A stretch of DNA of 64,000 nucleotides from Octopus vulgaris (taxonomy: Eukaryota): NCBI GenBank assembly GCA_951406725.2, contig OX597825.1, positions 3,844,001 to 3,908,000 on the forward strand. Reading direction: 5' to 3'. Positions 24,380 through 38,598 of the stretch are shown in pieces; position 1 is the stretch's first letter; every line of letters begins with the position of its first letter. The position numbers and the translations under genes were made by a program. The notes beneath the pieces were generated by a model. It was not told the DNA's origin, did not search any database, and saw only the letters and a list, made by a program, of their open reading frames with translations.

Positions 24380-25638
24380 AAAGGTTGTCAAGTAAGTTCT
24401 TGCCTCAATTTTAATTTTAGTTTTAAATTATGTATTTTCAAACTAATTTTCGTTAGATGACTTTGAGTTTATATATCGCTTTAAAGCCCGTTGTTCGTTC
24501 TATCTTATCGTGTTACTCTCTTTCTTTTTGAATAATTAGGTCATATTTTCCGGAACGTTGAATATAACATGGACAAAAAGCAAATTCGCACAATTTTCTT
24601 ATTCCAGTTGAAGCTAGGCCGAAAAGCTGCTGAAACAGCTCCCGACATCAACGATGCATTTGGCGTAGCAACCACTAATGGACGTACAACAGAATGGTGG
24701 GTCAAGGAATTTCGTAGCGGTGACGAGAGTCTTGAAGATCATAAGCGTAGTGGTAGTCGGCCATCGGATATTGACAACGTTCAACTAAGAGCCTTAGTCG
24801 AAGCCAGTCCTCGAACAACAGCTCGAGAGCTTGCTTCTGAATTAGACGTAACGCATACGACAATTTCCAAGCACTTGAAAGAGATTGGGAAAGCAATAAT
24901 GCTTGAGAAATGGGTGCCGCAAGAATTGAATGATAAAAATAAACGAAAACGTCGTTTTGAAGAGTCGTCTTCCCTTCTTTTACGCAACAAGAAAGACCCG
25001 TTTCTCGAGTGGATTGTGACTTTCGATGAAATGTGGGTTCTTTACGACAACCGGCGACGCTCAGCTCAGTGGTTGGACGCCGACGAAAATCCATGGCACT
25101 TCTCGAAAACGAAGTTACACAAAAAGAAGGTCATTGCGACTGTTTGGTGGTCTGCAGCCGGTCTCATCCATCACAGCATTTTAGATCCAGATGAAACCAT
25201 TACGGCGGAGAAGTACTGTCAGCAAATGGATGAAATGCATAAAAAACTCTGACAACAACAGCCAGCATTGGTCAATAGAAGAGGACCAATCCTTTTCCAC
25301 GATAACGCTCGGCCGCACGTCGCACAACTGACCCTGCGTCATCCACCATGCTCACCAGACCTCTCGCCCACCGACTACCGCTTTTTCATGCATCTCGACA
25401 TCTTCCTGCGTGAGAAAATGCTACAAAACCCCAAAAATGCCCAACACACCTTCAATGACTTAATCGCCACCAAAACGTAGGATTTTTACGCTACTGCCAT
25501 AAATAAACTTGCTTCGCTTTGGGAAAAGTGTATGGATTCTGATGATGCTTATTTCGATTACTAAATATTTGTTTGCGCTGAGGTATGTGCACCTGAATTT
25601 AAAGGTTAAAAAACGCAAGGACCTTCTTCACAAGCTAA
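24380..25638 (+). mobile_element. Full-length mariner DNA transposon (~1.26 kb), inactive
   Basis: Degenerate TIRs aggttgtcaagtaagttcttgc (24382-24403) and gcaaggaccttcttcacaagct (25615-25636), 17/22 identical, enclosing a transposase gene. Confidence 0.9.
24569..25564 (+). pseudogene. Mariner (D,D34D-type) transposase pseudogene
   Basis: MDKKQIRTIFLFQLKLGRKAAETA (HTH), WVPQEL, VTFDEMW, HDNARPH, HPPCSPDLSPTDY. There is a premature TGA at 25250-25252, only 23 residues between the 2nd and 3rd Asp (11-aa deletion), and a later frameshift. Confidence 0.93.
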
Positions 25639-26690
25639 TATTTCTAAGTGTTGCCTTCATTATGAATTATCTTTTTATTATTAGTTAAACACGCTACCCT
25701 GAATATTGCTGTGAACAAGTAACTCAACTCTAGTGACGCACACAATCACAAGTATATGTGAGAAAACCCAGTGAGTGACCCCTATAAATGTTTTCGTTTG
25801 TAAATATTCCGTTTAATTTCTTTCATTATTTATAAATGATTAATTCTGTCTTAATCTGTACTAATTTCGTTAATGGCTGTAGAATCATCTCAGATGCGAG
25901 GCACTTGTGTCACGAGTACAGAATACCTTGAGACGATGTTGAGTCTAATGCACTAAATAAGAATCCATGGACGTGCGCCCATCAATTTTAATATTCGAAT
26001 CACTACCGACTGGGGCACAAAGTTCCGAAATAATATGTATTCTCAATAAAAAACTTATCGCTATATATTTCCGCTTAGCAGAATTGAAGAAGGATAAAAT
26101 ATAATAATGGGAGCGACGTAACAAAGGCTCTTCGCTGTAACCAAAGCGAAAGAATGGATAGAAACAATCCTTGAAGCATTTTATGTGCCTTTTAACTCCG
26201 CGGACGATCGTAAACGATTGGAACTTTGTAAGCCTGAAGAAGATAAAATATAATATATGTCATATCTTATGATTAAGAACGGGTATGTCTCATGAGAAAC
26301 AGATGTGCACTTGAGATATTCTACTGGAAGTGAAATTGGAATTAAAATAAAATTAATTTTATTACGTAGACAAAACACAATGATAGTATCAGTTTCATTG
26401 TATTCAATGCTATTGCTTGTTGCTGGGGTACCTTGTTACTATCACAGTACGGTGGCAAAATACTCCACGCGTACGCATTGTCATCTGTAATTACTTGAGA
26501 CAAACCGAAATTATACATTAATCGTCATAAAGTCTATTGCACAGCGATAAATGGGAAGAACTAAACTCCGCAAAGGCACACTGACGACGACCATTTATAA
26601 GAGTGAAATATGCAAAACACATTTTTTTTAAACTTTTAAAAGCTCAATAAGTAAAAGATAATCTTAGTTCGAAAACTTCGTGGATATATC

Positions 26691-27096
26691 GGCACAGGAG
26701 TGGCTGTGTGGTAAGTAGCTTGTTTACCAATCACATGGTTTCGGGTTCAGTCCCACTGCGTAGCACCGTGGACAAGTGTCTTCTACTATAGCCTCGGGCC
26801 GACCAATGCCTTGTGAGTGGATTTGGTAGACGGAAACTGAAAGAAGCCCGTCGTATATATGTATATATATATATATATATGTGGGTGTATGTTTGTGTGT
26901 CTGTGTTTGTCCCCCTAGCATTGCTTGACAACCGATGCTGGTGTGTTTATGTCCCCGTCACTTAGCGGTTCGGCAAAAGAGACCGATAGAATAAGTACTG
27001 GGCGTTCAAAAGAATAAGTCCCGGGGTCGAGTTGCTCGATTAAAGGCGATGCACCAGCATGGCCGCAGTCAAATGGCTGAAGCAAGCAAAAGAGTA
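26691..27096 (+). mobile_element. tRNA-derived SINE, family B, full length with internal microsatellite
   Basis: A box TGGCTGTGTGG, B box GGTTCAGTCCC, CORE-like (t)gg.caagt segment, internal (TA)n(TG)n and a 3' part ending catggccgcagtcaaatggctgaa. Homologous to 35018 and 54730. Confidence 0.9.
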
Positions 27097-27149
27097 TCGG
27101 GGTAGAATGTGCAATCTAAAGGGAGGGAAGCATGCGATGACTTTTACAT

Positions 27150-28850
27150 TGGATTTGCTGAAAAACCAGAAATACCCTCAAGCTAATTGAAAATAGAGTC
27201 ATTATAGGAGCAGCGGTGTTGAAATCAGAGAATAGTGAAAAAGGAAAATAGAAAAGACAATAAAACAGCTACATCATAGAACAATTCAGAAATGATTTAA
27301 ACCCAGCACAAAACCGATACAGAAAAGGTCATAACGACAATAAATCCAACCGGGTAGAAAAGGCAGAAAATAAAAGAAATAGGACGTTGAGAAAATGAAG
27401 TATATATAATCGATATCAATTTTGAGTGTCAGAAATAACATTCATAAAATCCTGTAAAATTTTTCGAGCCACAACAACGCGATAATGTCTTGAAATAACG
27501 GCATAGAAACTTGAAAGTACAAACAACGAGTGAGATAAGCCACCATGAAAAGGCAACCTAATTTCCGGTATCTTAAATATATCTGAAGCAGTTACATGAA
27601 AGCCATTATGAAGCACTTCATTGCTTCTACAAGTAAAACAGTATCAACTAAAGATGGTTCAATGCAGTAATACTTACACCGCAAGAAAAAAAAATGCTAG
27701 AAATTACAAGCCATCGACCTTCGAGGCCTTTAAATGAAATAGGCAAGATATTTAAACGAAAAAAGAAAACGGACCTGCGAAACGATTTGAGGAAATTCAT
27801 TTACCAAAAAGAAAAACCGGAATTCACTGTGGCTACTCCGACACATAGAGTTATCCGACTTATTGGAAATGTCTTCATCACATACGTCTCTGAGCAATCT
27901 TTGGCGGCGAATAACTATCTGAATAAGCTACAGGAATAACATTTGCGGCGACCATCACCGCAAATTAATTTTTAGTAATGGAGTATTCCAACAACATCCA
28001 ACATGCTTATAATTTGCATCGCACTATGCAGAAAATGCTGCTTAGAATGAATGTTTTTAAAACTGCCTTGGTAGACGCAATGCGCATTTAATTGAAGTCG
28101 ATAATCTCAGACAACTTCGATCATTAGACAACATAAATATGGGTCCTGGATATCATGTTAAATTTCAAATATTTTACTACAATACAATAGTGTAAGCAAC
28201 TCATTTGTTCCAATTTTACTTATTTAAAATGGAAAGCAAAGAAATGGCCAACAAAGAGAATTTCAAATACTTGAGACAGGGAGAAAAAGAAATATAACTT
28301 CAAATACTTACAACTTGAATTATCCAAGTTTTATCTACACAATGTTTTGGAAGGAAAAAACACGAAACAGCAAGAACACCTTGGGCTAAAATGTTTTATA
28401 CAGGGACAATATCCTTTTCTAATGCGACAAACGGTTACTAGCTGTACAGAAATCGGTAACTTGACGACACAACTACCTATGCGGCTAACTAAAATCCCAT
28501 AAATACTAATGTGTTTGTCAAGCTGTTGTATAATATTACGAGTGGAATGAAGTAGTTGGGCAGCCAATGAAGGAAGGGTTCAGACACAGAGCAATGGAGA
28601 ATAATGCCTTTCGTAATATTCGTTAAAATATTGACAAAGAGCGGCTGAAAACTTCTTGAAGACGAATAAGTACAAGGTTATTATGAACATAAAACACAGG
28701 ACGTCGTAAGAACGTGAAAAAGAGGATTGGACAAGTGTGGTGGAGACTTTGAGAGAATTCAATATATTTGACAAAGTTTGGAACTTGGTATCCAAAGCCG
28801 AAATGCATGAAGAGTACATACAGATCAGGAATTAAATCAACCAGTTGTAG
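27150..28850 (+). mobile_element. Possible highly decayed L1/Tx1-like LINE relic
   Basis: A-rich strand with coding-like broken frames (DLRKFIYQKEKPEFTVATPTHRVIRLIGNV; FDKVWNLVSKAEMHEEYIQI). No diagnostic catalytic motif is readable. Confidence 0.25.
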
Positions 28851-31405
28851 AATGAATGCGAATGTTATTTTGACTTGTTCATGCGATTTTTATACTTTTA
28901 GTGCCGCACGTAAGAATAAAAACAGGTTTCTTCGTCTCCCAAACATGCTGCAGATTTCTCATTTTCTTTTTCTGTTCTGAGGAATATGTAAAATCCGTTT
29001 GTAATCAGCTGCAGAATAAAGGATTTTGCCATGTTTTTGCTTGTTAAGCTCTAAGCGATATGTATATAAAAGACAAACGATCTCAACATCCAATAGCACT
29101 GCGTTTACGTATTTCCAAAAATATGATCCACTGCCTATTGATCTAGTTTGAACCTTTATAGAAAGCGAAGTAACCTTTCAAACAAACTTCGGTAACCAAA
29201 TTAAAAATGACGAAGAGCAATTTTTAGTGAATAATACTGTTTTATACATACATAAACACACATACGAACACGTACACGCACGCACACACACACTTATATA
29301 TAACAACAAATTTTGTTGTTCGTACTTTGTATACTTTTTAATGAGTTAATGTGTGTAATATTTCCTTTATAAATATTTTTAATTACAATCAGTTGGAATT
29401 TTATAACAGACACATAAAAGGTTTGGTTAAATAGAATTGTTAAAAAGCATTGATTTGGAGTAGAAAGAATTCGAATGTGTATATTTCGTAGAATTTTGCT
29501 GTTAGTTGTTTGCTTGTTGAAATGGAGAATCTTCAAGTCTATGGAGTCGTATGTTAACCTATGAAACATTGGTTTCTGTGTGGTTTATAAAACGGAAAAC
29601 ATGCAATTTATCTCACTAAAACATCCAAATATACAATTATTGGAGGAATTGCATTGATTTCCCAAAAATAAGGAAGGTAAATATTTATGCACTTCCGACA
29701 AAACAGTATCAAATCCTATAGATAGCAAGGTACCTCGCTATTTATTGACAACTATTTGGATTTCAATAGTCTTGAATTAATTATTTTCATCAACGGCAGC
29801 TGTCAGTAATGGATTAAAAGACTGATATCACTTAATATTACCTGTCTACATGCAATGTTATTAAAAAATATTACTTCTCATGCAACATGTACATATTTAG
29901 TAAACATTACACGCGAAAAAAGCAAAGAGATGCATAATTTTAGAAGTTCATTATATACAAATGTACATGAATATATTGATGCTCGATGACACGTTTGCTT
30001 TTTAATTTATTTTGTCTGCCATATTTTAATCATATAATGTTTAGACATTATAAATATAAAAGAGCTTTATGTAAGATAAATGTCGACATAACACATACAA
30101 GTTTTGTAATACATGAAACATAGAGTCGATCCATCTGACACAGAATATTAAAATATATATAATAAAGCAACCTGTATTCATATCACTTGCAACCCATCCG
30201 TATGATTTTATGAAATATTTCAACACAAACGTTGCCTGTATGCTTCTATAATATGTGTATACAAAGCGAGCGTTGGTAGTTAATTGGGACTAGGTGAGTC
30301 TTGACAGAGCAGAAGTTTGCTCAAACGTGGTATGCTTTTGTTCTGCAAAAGAATTCGTTACTAACAATATCTGAATACATCCATTATTGAAGTCAATATA
30401 CGTCTCGCAAAAATGGGATGCCTGTTTTCCCCTGTAATAATGCACACACACACGCACACACAAAATGCCCATTTATACTAGTTTCTTATATAATTGCATA
30501 TATGTATGTGCGTGTGTGAACGCGCTCATGTATGCATGCTTGTATGTATGTATAAAATATGTATAATCACAAATATGAGAATACGTCCAATACATTGGTT
30601 TGGTGACATTAATATCCAGATGTCAATGTGATTTTTTATTGAATATATGTGAGTGATACCATCGACGTAGTGTTTGAACTAGTGATACCATTTGTAACAT
30701 TTGTTTCATCACATTTCATAGCATCCCGCTACAAACGATTCTCTGTGTGTGCGTATAATTCGTATTGCTCCACATTAATGATTGGTTAAAGCGAAAACAG
30801 ACAATTGCCATCCATAAAAAAGGCTCCAAGCCGACGCAGATATATAGAAGACGATAGAGACTGAGAGAGAGAGAGAGAAAGAGAGAGAGTGTTAGAGAGA
30901 ACAATACAGGCAGAAATATTTATACAAATTAATAGCGGCAATTTTCTATTAAGAGACAGCGATAAATGTTAATTTTCCCTGACTTCAATGCAGTCGAAGT
31001 AAGCTAAACTTTTGTACATATTTAATAAGTATCCAACTAACACGTTAATAGCATTGTTGAATGGATTGGTAACATGATTCGCCATCAGCATGCGTTTCAA
31101 AAGAAAGCTATTCAGATGGCGTTTTAGCATTTCAAAGTGTGTGTGTGTAGCCAAACGTGAACGGTTGGCGATTTTTGTTTATCTTTCTTCTCTAGACTTT
31201 TCTCTCCCTTTTTTTTCTGACAAACGTTTAAAGAAATCTCTCCCATTTTACCGAATGTCAAACTGATAAAATTATTGTGATCGTACACGGATTCGTTTCT
31301 TTGTCTTTTTCATCTATTGGTTTATTTTTCTTTCATCGTCTTTTTATTTATTTCTTCAATTGTTTCTTCGTTGAATCGACTACACACACACAGATATATA
31401 TATAA

Positions 31406-31458
<53 letters not shown>

Positions 31459-31464
31459 CATTTT

Positions 31465-31665
31465 ACTCTTTCATTATTTTAATTGCTTACGTCATTTGAC
31501 AGCAGCCATTTTTCGATCAACACCTTGAACTGTTTCAATCGGATAAATCAACTCAAAGTCTTATTTATTAAAAGTAGTACTTATTAAATCGTTTCTTTTG
31601 CCGAACCGCTAGGCCATGGTAACATAAACGCACCAACATTTGTCAAGGATTAATGGGAAGACAGG
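31465..31665 (-). mobile_element. SINE family B 3' half
   Basis: cttttgccgaaccgctag...aacataaac.caccaacat..gtcaag is the reverse complement of the family B 3' part. Confidence 0.7.
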
Positions 31666-32324
31666 CACAGTTAAGCACACACACACAACAAACACACAAG
31701 CACACATACTAACAGACACAGAAACACACACACGCGCTATATATATATATATATATATATAATATAAAGAAAATTGAGAAGCTCACACAGAGAAGGTAGT
31801 TTCACTTCCACACATACGTATGGTGCCATTCGGTCTGTAAAGAACCCTCCTTCCATTTGGAAGTAATTGAATATATAATTCTTTGCCCGAAGAGACTTTT
31901 ACCATTTAAATTCATAATGCAATTTTAAATGGTATCCATGAATGAAGGTAAGGAATTGAAACGTACGTACGCGTCATGACATTGAATATTATATAAATTG
32001 ATTTTTCTGTGCCCACACTCTCCATTTTCCCTATAATATATTATTAATATTCTGTTTTCCTATGTAGGATTGATGAAAACGCAACGACTTGAAATTCACA
32101 AGTGTTAAGCACTGATGTCAGAGAAGGCCCATCAAGATACATTAATACGAACGCGAATTAATAAATTCCAGAAAGCGTAATCGATATGGAGATAAACTGG
32201 TGAACACTTGGGTGAAATACGTCCCTGTGAAAGAGGAACCTCTTTCCATTCGAAACAGTTAGGGGTTACCCAAAGGAATCCGTAATTTTGCAGTATAATT
32301 TTCTTACCTCTTCCACATCTTCAA

Positions 32325-32813
32325 ATTGTGTAGCGCCAACTTTCGTCACAGTGGACCTTCGAGAACAGGTCGTCACCAGCTTCCAACTGTTTCAGTTCAC
32401 GACACTCATTCAGTAGTGAGTGCATTTGGTCCTTCGTGAACAAAGGGCTCACAGCTTTTTTTGCAACACCTTTCATTCGCTATTCCTCGCTCAATATTCG
32501 TTAGCAGCAGCTCCAGAATATACCAGTCATATCAACAATTCGGCAATTGTTCGATGACCGTCCGCCAAGATCGGTTTATGAATTTTCATAATGTTTTCAT
32601 TCAGTCGGGGCGTCGACGGTAGTCCTGAACGACACTGGTCTTCAAACGGCGAGGGACCATTCCTACAGCGTGAAAACCAATCAATCATTACCTTGTGTTT
32701 TGCTCATAACAGCATTCTTGCAATGTGTTTCGAAGCACAACTGTTTTGGCTGCCGTTTTCCCAAACAGAAAACAGAATTTTACGGAAGCAGGCTGTTCTC
32801 TCGTTTCAGCCAT
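32325..32813 (-). pseudogene. Mariner-like transposase 5' half
   Basis: The ATG at 32813 (minus) gives MAETREQPASVKFCFLFGKTAAKTVV, then WFSRCRNG, FEDQCRSGLPST and FSKVHCDESWRY (TGDESW motif). Frameshifted. Confidence 0.85.
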
Positions 32814-32929
32814 TGCAAAACAAAGATGCACCACGTTGCAGTCCGGCACTAGTGGGCGTCACCGGTCGGCTGACCGATGACAGAGATGCATCAAGTGGCT
32901 TCTAGTGGCGGAAGCGTGAACTATAAATG

Positions 32930-33070
32930 TTTTTTCCCCCCGTATATACGACGGGCTTCTTCCATTTTCCGCCTACCAAATCCACTCACAAGCTCAGGTC
33001 GGTGCGTGGCTATAATAGAAGACACTTCCCTAAGGTGCAATGTAGTGGGACTGAATGCGGAACTATGTGC
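32930..33070 (-). mobile_element. SINE family B 5' portion
   Basis: cgacgggcttct..ccgcctaccaaatccactcacaag..tatagaagacactt..gtgggactgaa is the reverse complement of 26740-26853. Confidence 0.8.
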
Positions 33071-33434
33071 ATCATATTCTTAGGGCTACATCTGATTTGC
33101 ATCTTGGATGCGATCATGGTTTAGTTTACTCGATCGAATGAGCGATTCAAGATATAGACAATGCCCGTTAGAATGCTATTGTCCTCGCATTCCTACTCAT
33201 CAACTGTAAAATTAAATGGAGACAGACAAAGAGGCGAAAAGGAAAAAGAAAATGGAAAAAAGAGAAAGAGGAGGAGCGAATTTAATCCAGGTTCACCAAC
33301 AAAATTTTACGATTACCAACCACATGTGTCCGGGTTCGGCCCCACTACGTGGCACCTTGCGCATGTGTCTTCTACATTATGTATTTAACTAGCTGACATA
33401 AGTAGCCTGGATTTTATCTTTTCCACTCCCTAGT

Positions 33435-33451
33435 ATATATATGTATGTATA

Positions 33452-33487
<36 letters not shown>

Positions 33488-33560
33488 TGTATGTATGTAT
33501 GTATGTATGTATGTATGTATGTATGTATATATATATATATATAGAGAGAGAGAGGGAGGG
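33435..33560. repeat. (TA)n/(TATG)n/(GA)n compound microsatellite
   Basis: Direct reading. Confidence 0.95.
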
Positions 33561-33693
33561 AGAGAGAGAGAGAAAGAAAGATAGATACACATACGCACAG
33601 ACAGACACACAGACACATATATATACCGAAACGCATACATATGTATATACCAACGTGATTTAATATATATGTAGTATATATGCGTTATGCGTT

Positions 33694-33858
<165 letters not shown>

Positions 33859-35017
33859 GCACATATAAAATTGTGCAAGTTTTATTACCCATCAACCGCC
33901 GACTTCTACCTTCCAATATCTTTTTCAATCTGTCATTGTCATGCAGCTTGAATGTATAGCGAGAACGGCCACTCATCATCTGTCAGGACACCGAAGTTTT
34001 ATGTCCCTTTGTTTCAACTGAACAGTCCAGGGCAAGTATCATACATTTTGTAGCCTCATCGTGCAAGCTGCAATAGAGAGACGAGTCAGCTGCCTTTCCA
34101 TACATCTCACATTATGAGAAGCGTAATATTGAATGTGTGAGCATTTGCTGATTGATTGACTTTGACATCAGGTATGAAACATAACAGTTGGCTGTTCTAT
34201 TTTCACTTTGGTTTTCTTTCTTGTATCATTACAGTTACGCCTTTTCATACAGATTTGAGCTTCAAACAATGTTGTAATTCCGTAACACACAAATTGTTCA
34301 GCTCATTTTATGAAACGCGGACTTAAACTTGTATACATGCGTGTGACGTTTATGTAAACTTTGATATGATTGGCGTAAAGTGAGAATGCTGTAATCTTTG
34401 TTTCATTTACAATCCTGATGTGTAATTTGTAGTTGAAACAGTGTTGCTTTGTAAATACTTTTGACTTATTGAATCAATAATGTTGGAAGCCGTCTATGAA
34501 AAGTATATGTAATTTATTCGTATTGTTCTTATCATTGTACTTTCCTTTGTGTAACAAAAGTTTTGAACAAACAGCTATATTTCTGATTAAATAGATATGT
34601 ATAACACATGGCTTCTGATTAAAGAGTACATGTTCCCAGGCGCATTCGCTTACGTCATTAATTTGTGAACATATTTGTTTACAAATTTGTAACAATTTGC
34701 AATGTTGTTCTTCAGCTTTCTTTACAATTACATTACTAATTTTGCCATCTGTCTTCTGATATACTGCTACCATTACAGCCAATCTCATATCAAAACATTT
34801 CATTTAGTTAACCGCATTCTTACATGTGAATGAGTATGCCTATGCGAATTGGATCACGGAATTTTAGGATTGATCAGCCAGTTTTGTATCAGAGGCTGCA
34901 CTATTCGCCTAATCAGCCGCCCTCTTTCGATTACTACTGAAATACTGCTAACTTCGATGTTGTCAGCATCATCACTAGACTCCTTCATTGTTTTGCAGAA
35001 CATTTATCAACTAAATA

Positions 35018-35520
35018 GGCACAGGCGTGGTGTGTGATAAGAATCTTGCTTCCCAAGCATATGGTTACGGGTTCAGTCTCACTGCGTAGCAGCTTGGGCA
35101 AGTGTCTTCTACTGTAGGTTTCTCAAAGAATTTTGTTAACAGAAACAAAAATAAGCTTCTGGTATATATATATGTGTGTGTGTGTATGTATGTATTATGT
35201 ATATATAAATGTTATATATATATATATATATAGTTATATATATATATATATATACGCGTGTGCGTGTGTGTATGTATGTATAGATATATGTGTGCTTGCC
35301 TTCGTGTCCGCTTTTGGCTACCGTCACCACTTGACAACTGGTTTTGGCCAGTTTAGGTCCCTGTAATTTAGCAGTCTGGGGAAAATGGGCTGATAGAATA
35401 AGTTCTAGGCACAACCAAAACTCCTTAGGAGCGGGGGTTTTATTTGTTCGCCAAAAGAATTTTCAATTCAGTGATCTAGCATGGTCGCACTCCAAATGTC
35501 TAAAACAGTTAAAAGGATGA
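35018..35520 (+). mobile_element. SINE family B with expanded internal microsatellite
   Basis: Head ggcacaggcgtggtgtgtgataag, B box ggttcagtctc, ttgggcaagtgtcttctact, about 130 bp of internal TA/TG repeats, and tail catggtcgcac..aaatgtctaaaac. Confidence 0.8.
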
Positions 35521-36279
35521 AAAATAGATGCACAAAAAGCATAAGTAGAGAAAAATTCGGGGAAGTTGAATATCAAAGCAGAAAAGAAAACAGAGAAGAC
35601 ACATATGGATTTACAATATTTATAAAAAAATAAGAATTTCCATGTAAAGTTACTGTTATAAATCCAGATGATTAAAGGAAACGGTGTAAGGAATTAAGAG
35701 TTAAATATAACTTGTTTTAACTTTCAGGCAATCTGACCACAGACTTGCAAAACTAAGAATGTATTTAGGAGATGGTGGCTAGTTATGCGTTTTACACACA
35801 CACAAAGACATACACTCACACTCTCTCTCACACACACGCACAGATACGTGCACGCACATATAGACAAGTGGAAACACATACACACACACACAAGCACCCA
35901 GCCACACATATATGTAGGCACACATAAACACACACTGACACATACTTATATGCACATGCATCGAAATAGCAATGGCTACAGTCACAATATGGATGAGAAC
36001 GCAATAGTAACACAGCTGTGAACATTGCTCATCCTATCAAGTTCTCTGAATATTGAATTAGAGATTTTAGTGGAAGAAAGTAAAGCGTATAGGTTTCATC
36101 GTCTATATAGATTTGCAGTTTGCATTTGTGGCAGTGTTCACTAAGGTTCATGTGGGAAAAAAATTATAATTAAAATATTTATTCATATAAACACTGACAT
36201 ATATATATATATACTTATACAAACAAGCATATGTATATACATACACATGAGTGAGTGAGAACCTGTGTGTGGGAGGGGA

Positions 36280-36351
36280 TGTATACACACACACACATAT
36301 ATATATATTTATATATATATATATGTGTGTACATATAGGAGTGTGTGTATA

Positions 36352-36408
<57 letters not shown>

Positions 36409-36475
36409 GCATGTTTATAAAGGATATATACGTCAGTACAAGTGTACACACGTTCGCACACACATCCCACCCCTC

Positions 36476-36507
<32 letters not shown>

Positions 36508-36800
36508 GTGTGTATATATATATACGTGTGTGTGTGTGTCTATAAGCGCATCCTTGTCGGATTTTGCTAAAAGTTAATATAAATATTCAGCGCTAAAGTC
36601 CGATGGGAATTAATAAATGCTCAATAGAGAGAATATTCTCAAAAATCGATGACCATCTTCTTTAGCACAGAGTTGGAAGTCATTAATCTTTCATAGTCAC
36701 ATCAATATTATTTATAGGACTAAATGTAATTAAATTCTGCTACAGGTTTATTGATGGTTTGTTCTTTAAACACATGCGTAGCTCGAAAGCTTTATAATGT

Positions 36801-36857
<57 letters not shown>

Positions 36858-37045
36858 TTTACACAGAAAAATACAAATATACACACGTACACAAACACAC
36901 ACAGACGCCGAAAATACACACACGCGCATGTATACACATATATATTATATATCTACATATGCATTATATATGATATCTATATATATATATATTTATGTAT
37001 CTAACTATCTATATATGTATCTATATATATATATACGTATATGTT

Positions 37046-37110
<65 letters not shown>

Positions 37111-37140
37111 CATACATATACATATGTGTGTGTGTGTATT
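36280..37140. repeat. Cluster of (TA)n and (CA)n microsatellites
   Basis: Tracts at about 36350-36407, 36805-36856 and 37049-37105. Confidence 0.9.
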
Positions 37141-38598
37141 TAATCATGCAAAAGCAACATTTCGTGAAAGCTATCAGTTTACTGTATTTTTCAAGGGTTT
37201 CACCCTTATTCATAGTTAGTCACCATTAAAAGGAAAGATCTTCCTATTTGGGAATGTCATGTGATGTGTCTTACCATATATTCCAATCATACATCGACGT
37301 ACACACTTATATATGCATGGATGCATACGGATGCACACATCACACAAGCGTATTCGCCTCAAATACCCACATGATCACAGACGCACACGCACATATCTTT
37401 ATACATGAAATCGTTTTTAACAGACGTCGATCAAGTATTGTACTCAACACCTATTTAAACTCGAACTGGCATCAATCACTTCAGTTCGACGACTTTTAGA
37501 CTTTCCTTAACATTCTACCGAACATTTACCTGTCCTGTATATTCGCTCCATCACTTTCTCCACTCCTTTATAATTTCACACTTGTACCGCGCCCTTATTC
37601 TCAATTACGTTCCGTTTTTCTCACACTAAACTATGCCTCACTCACACCGTATATACGCTGCATTCTGAACCCAACTTTGCCTCAGCAGACGCTAACGATG
37701 CTCTAGCTTCGCACAGATTTATCCATACCAGTTATGAACTTACTCGAATATTCCCTAATCATTTTCGCTTCTTGAAATACACTTAAATCTTCTCCCTACG
37801 CTTCGATTTTTGTCGCTTTAAAGAACGAACCTACACACCAGCACGCGTACCATACAGATCCTGCTATATACAAAAAATTATTATTTTGCGTGATATTTTT
37901 TCTTTATAAATTTTAATTATAACTTTCTTCTCTTCCTTTTGCTTATGTGAATAAATTTTCAAACTACTGTCGACTCTATCATCATATATACCCCACCAGA
38001 TGATACGTATATATTCATGCTTTTTCGTGTCATTGCTTTAGATATCCATTCATAGAGAATCATTTTCCAGATTGTCTTTTCTCCTGTTGACCATTTCCAT
38101 CGTTCCAACGGTCATCTAGTACTATTTCCCTACACTTGATCAATTTACCTTCGACATATACCCTTTTACTATTATTTTTATCTATTACCATTTAAACTTT
38201 GTCCTCTAGGATTAGCTTTTAAATTCTTGCTGACTTTGCACAGTTACACGCTCACAGCAATATGCACAGGAATCACGTTCAGGTACAAACTAAATACAAC
38301 ACTATTAACAAAGGAAGCGATTTCGTTTCTACTTATCATGCTACACCCCTTCCTTGGTAGGTTTAGTGACACAAAAATGCACACGTATATTCACACTCAC
38401 ATTCAGAGTTTCACATCTTTAACTACAGAAGATTACAATCAACAAATGTTACCAAATACACACACACACACACACACACACACACGTACACATAGATATA
38501 CACATCTGCGCAGAAACGTATATGCTAGCAAGTATCCTTTCCCTATTTTTCCTTGACAGCTGTTCACAATAACGATGTTCCTCAAATCGCTGTTAATA

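Noticed and set aside
24569-25252. 227-aa ORF as a functional SETMAR-like or domesticated transposase
   Set aside because: It is truncated by a stop before the second catalytic Asp, has a downstream deletion and frameshift, has no SET domain and lies within TIRs.
33888-33979. Minus-strand segment MMSGRSRYTFKLHDNDRLKKILEGRSRRLMG between cag and gtaat
   Set aside because: The acceptor is weak and there is no recognisable homology; the rest of the 196-aa ORF is microsatellite.
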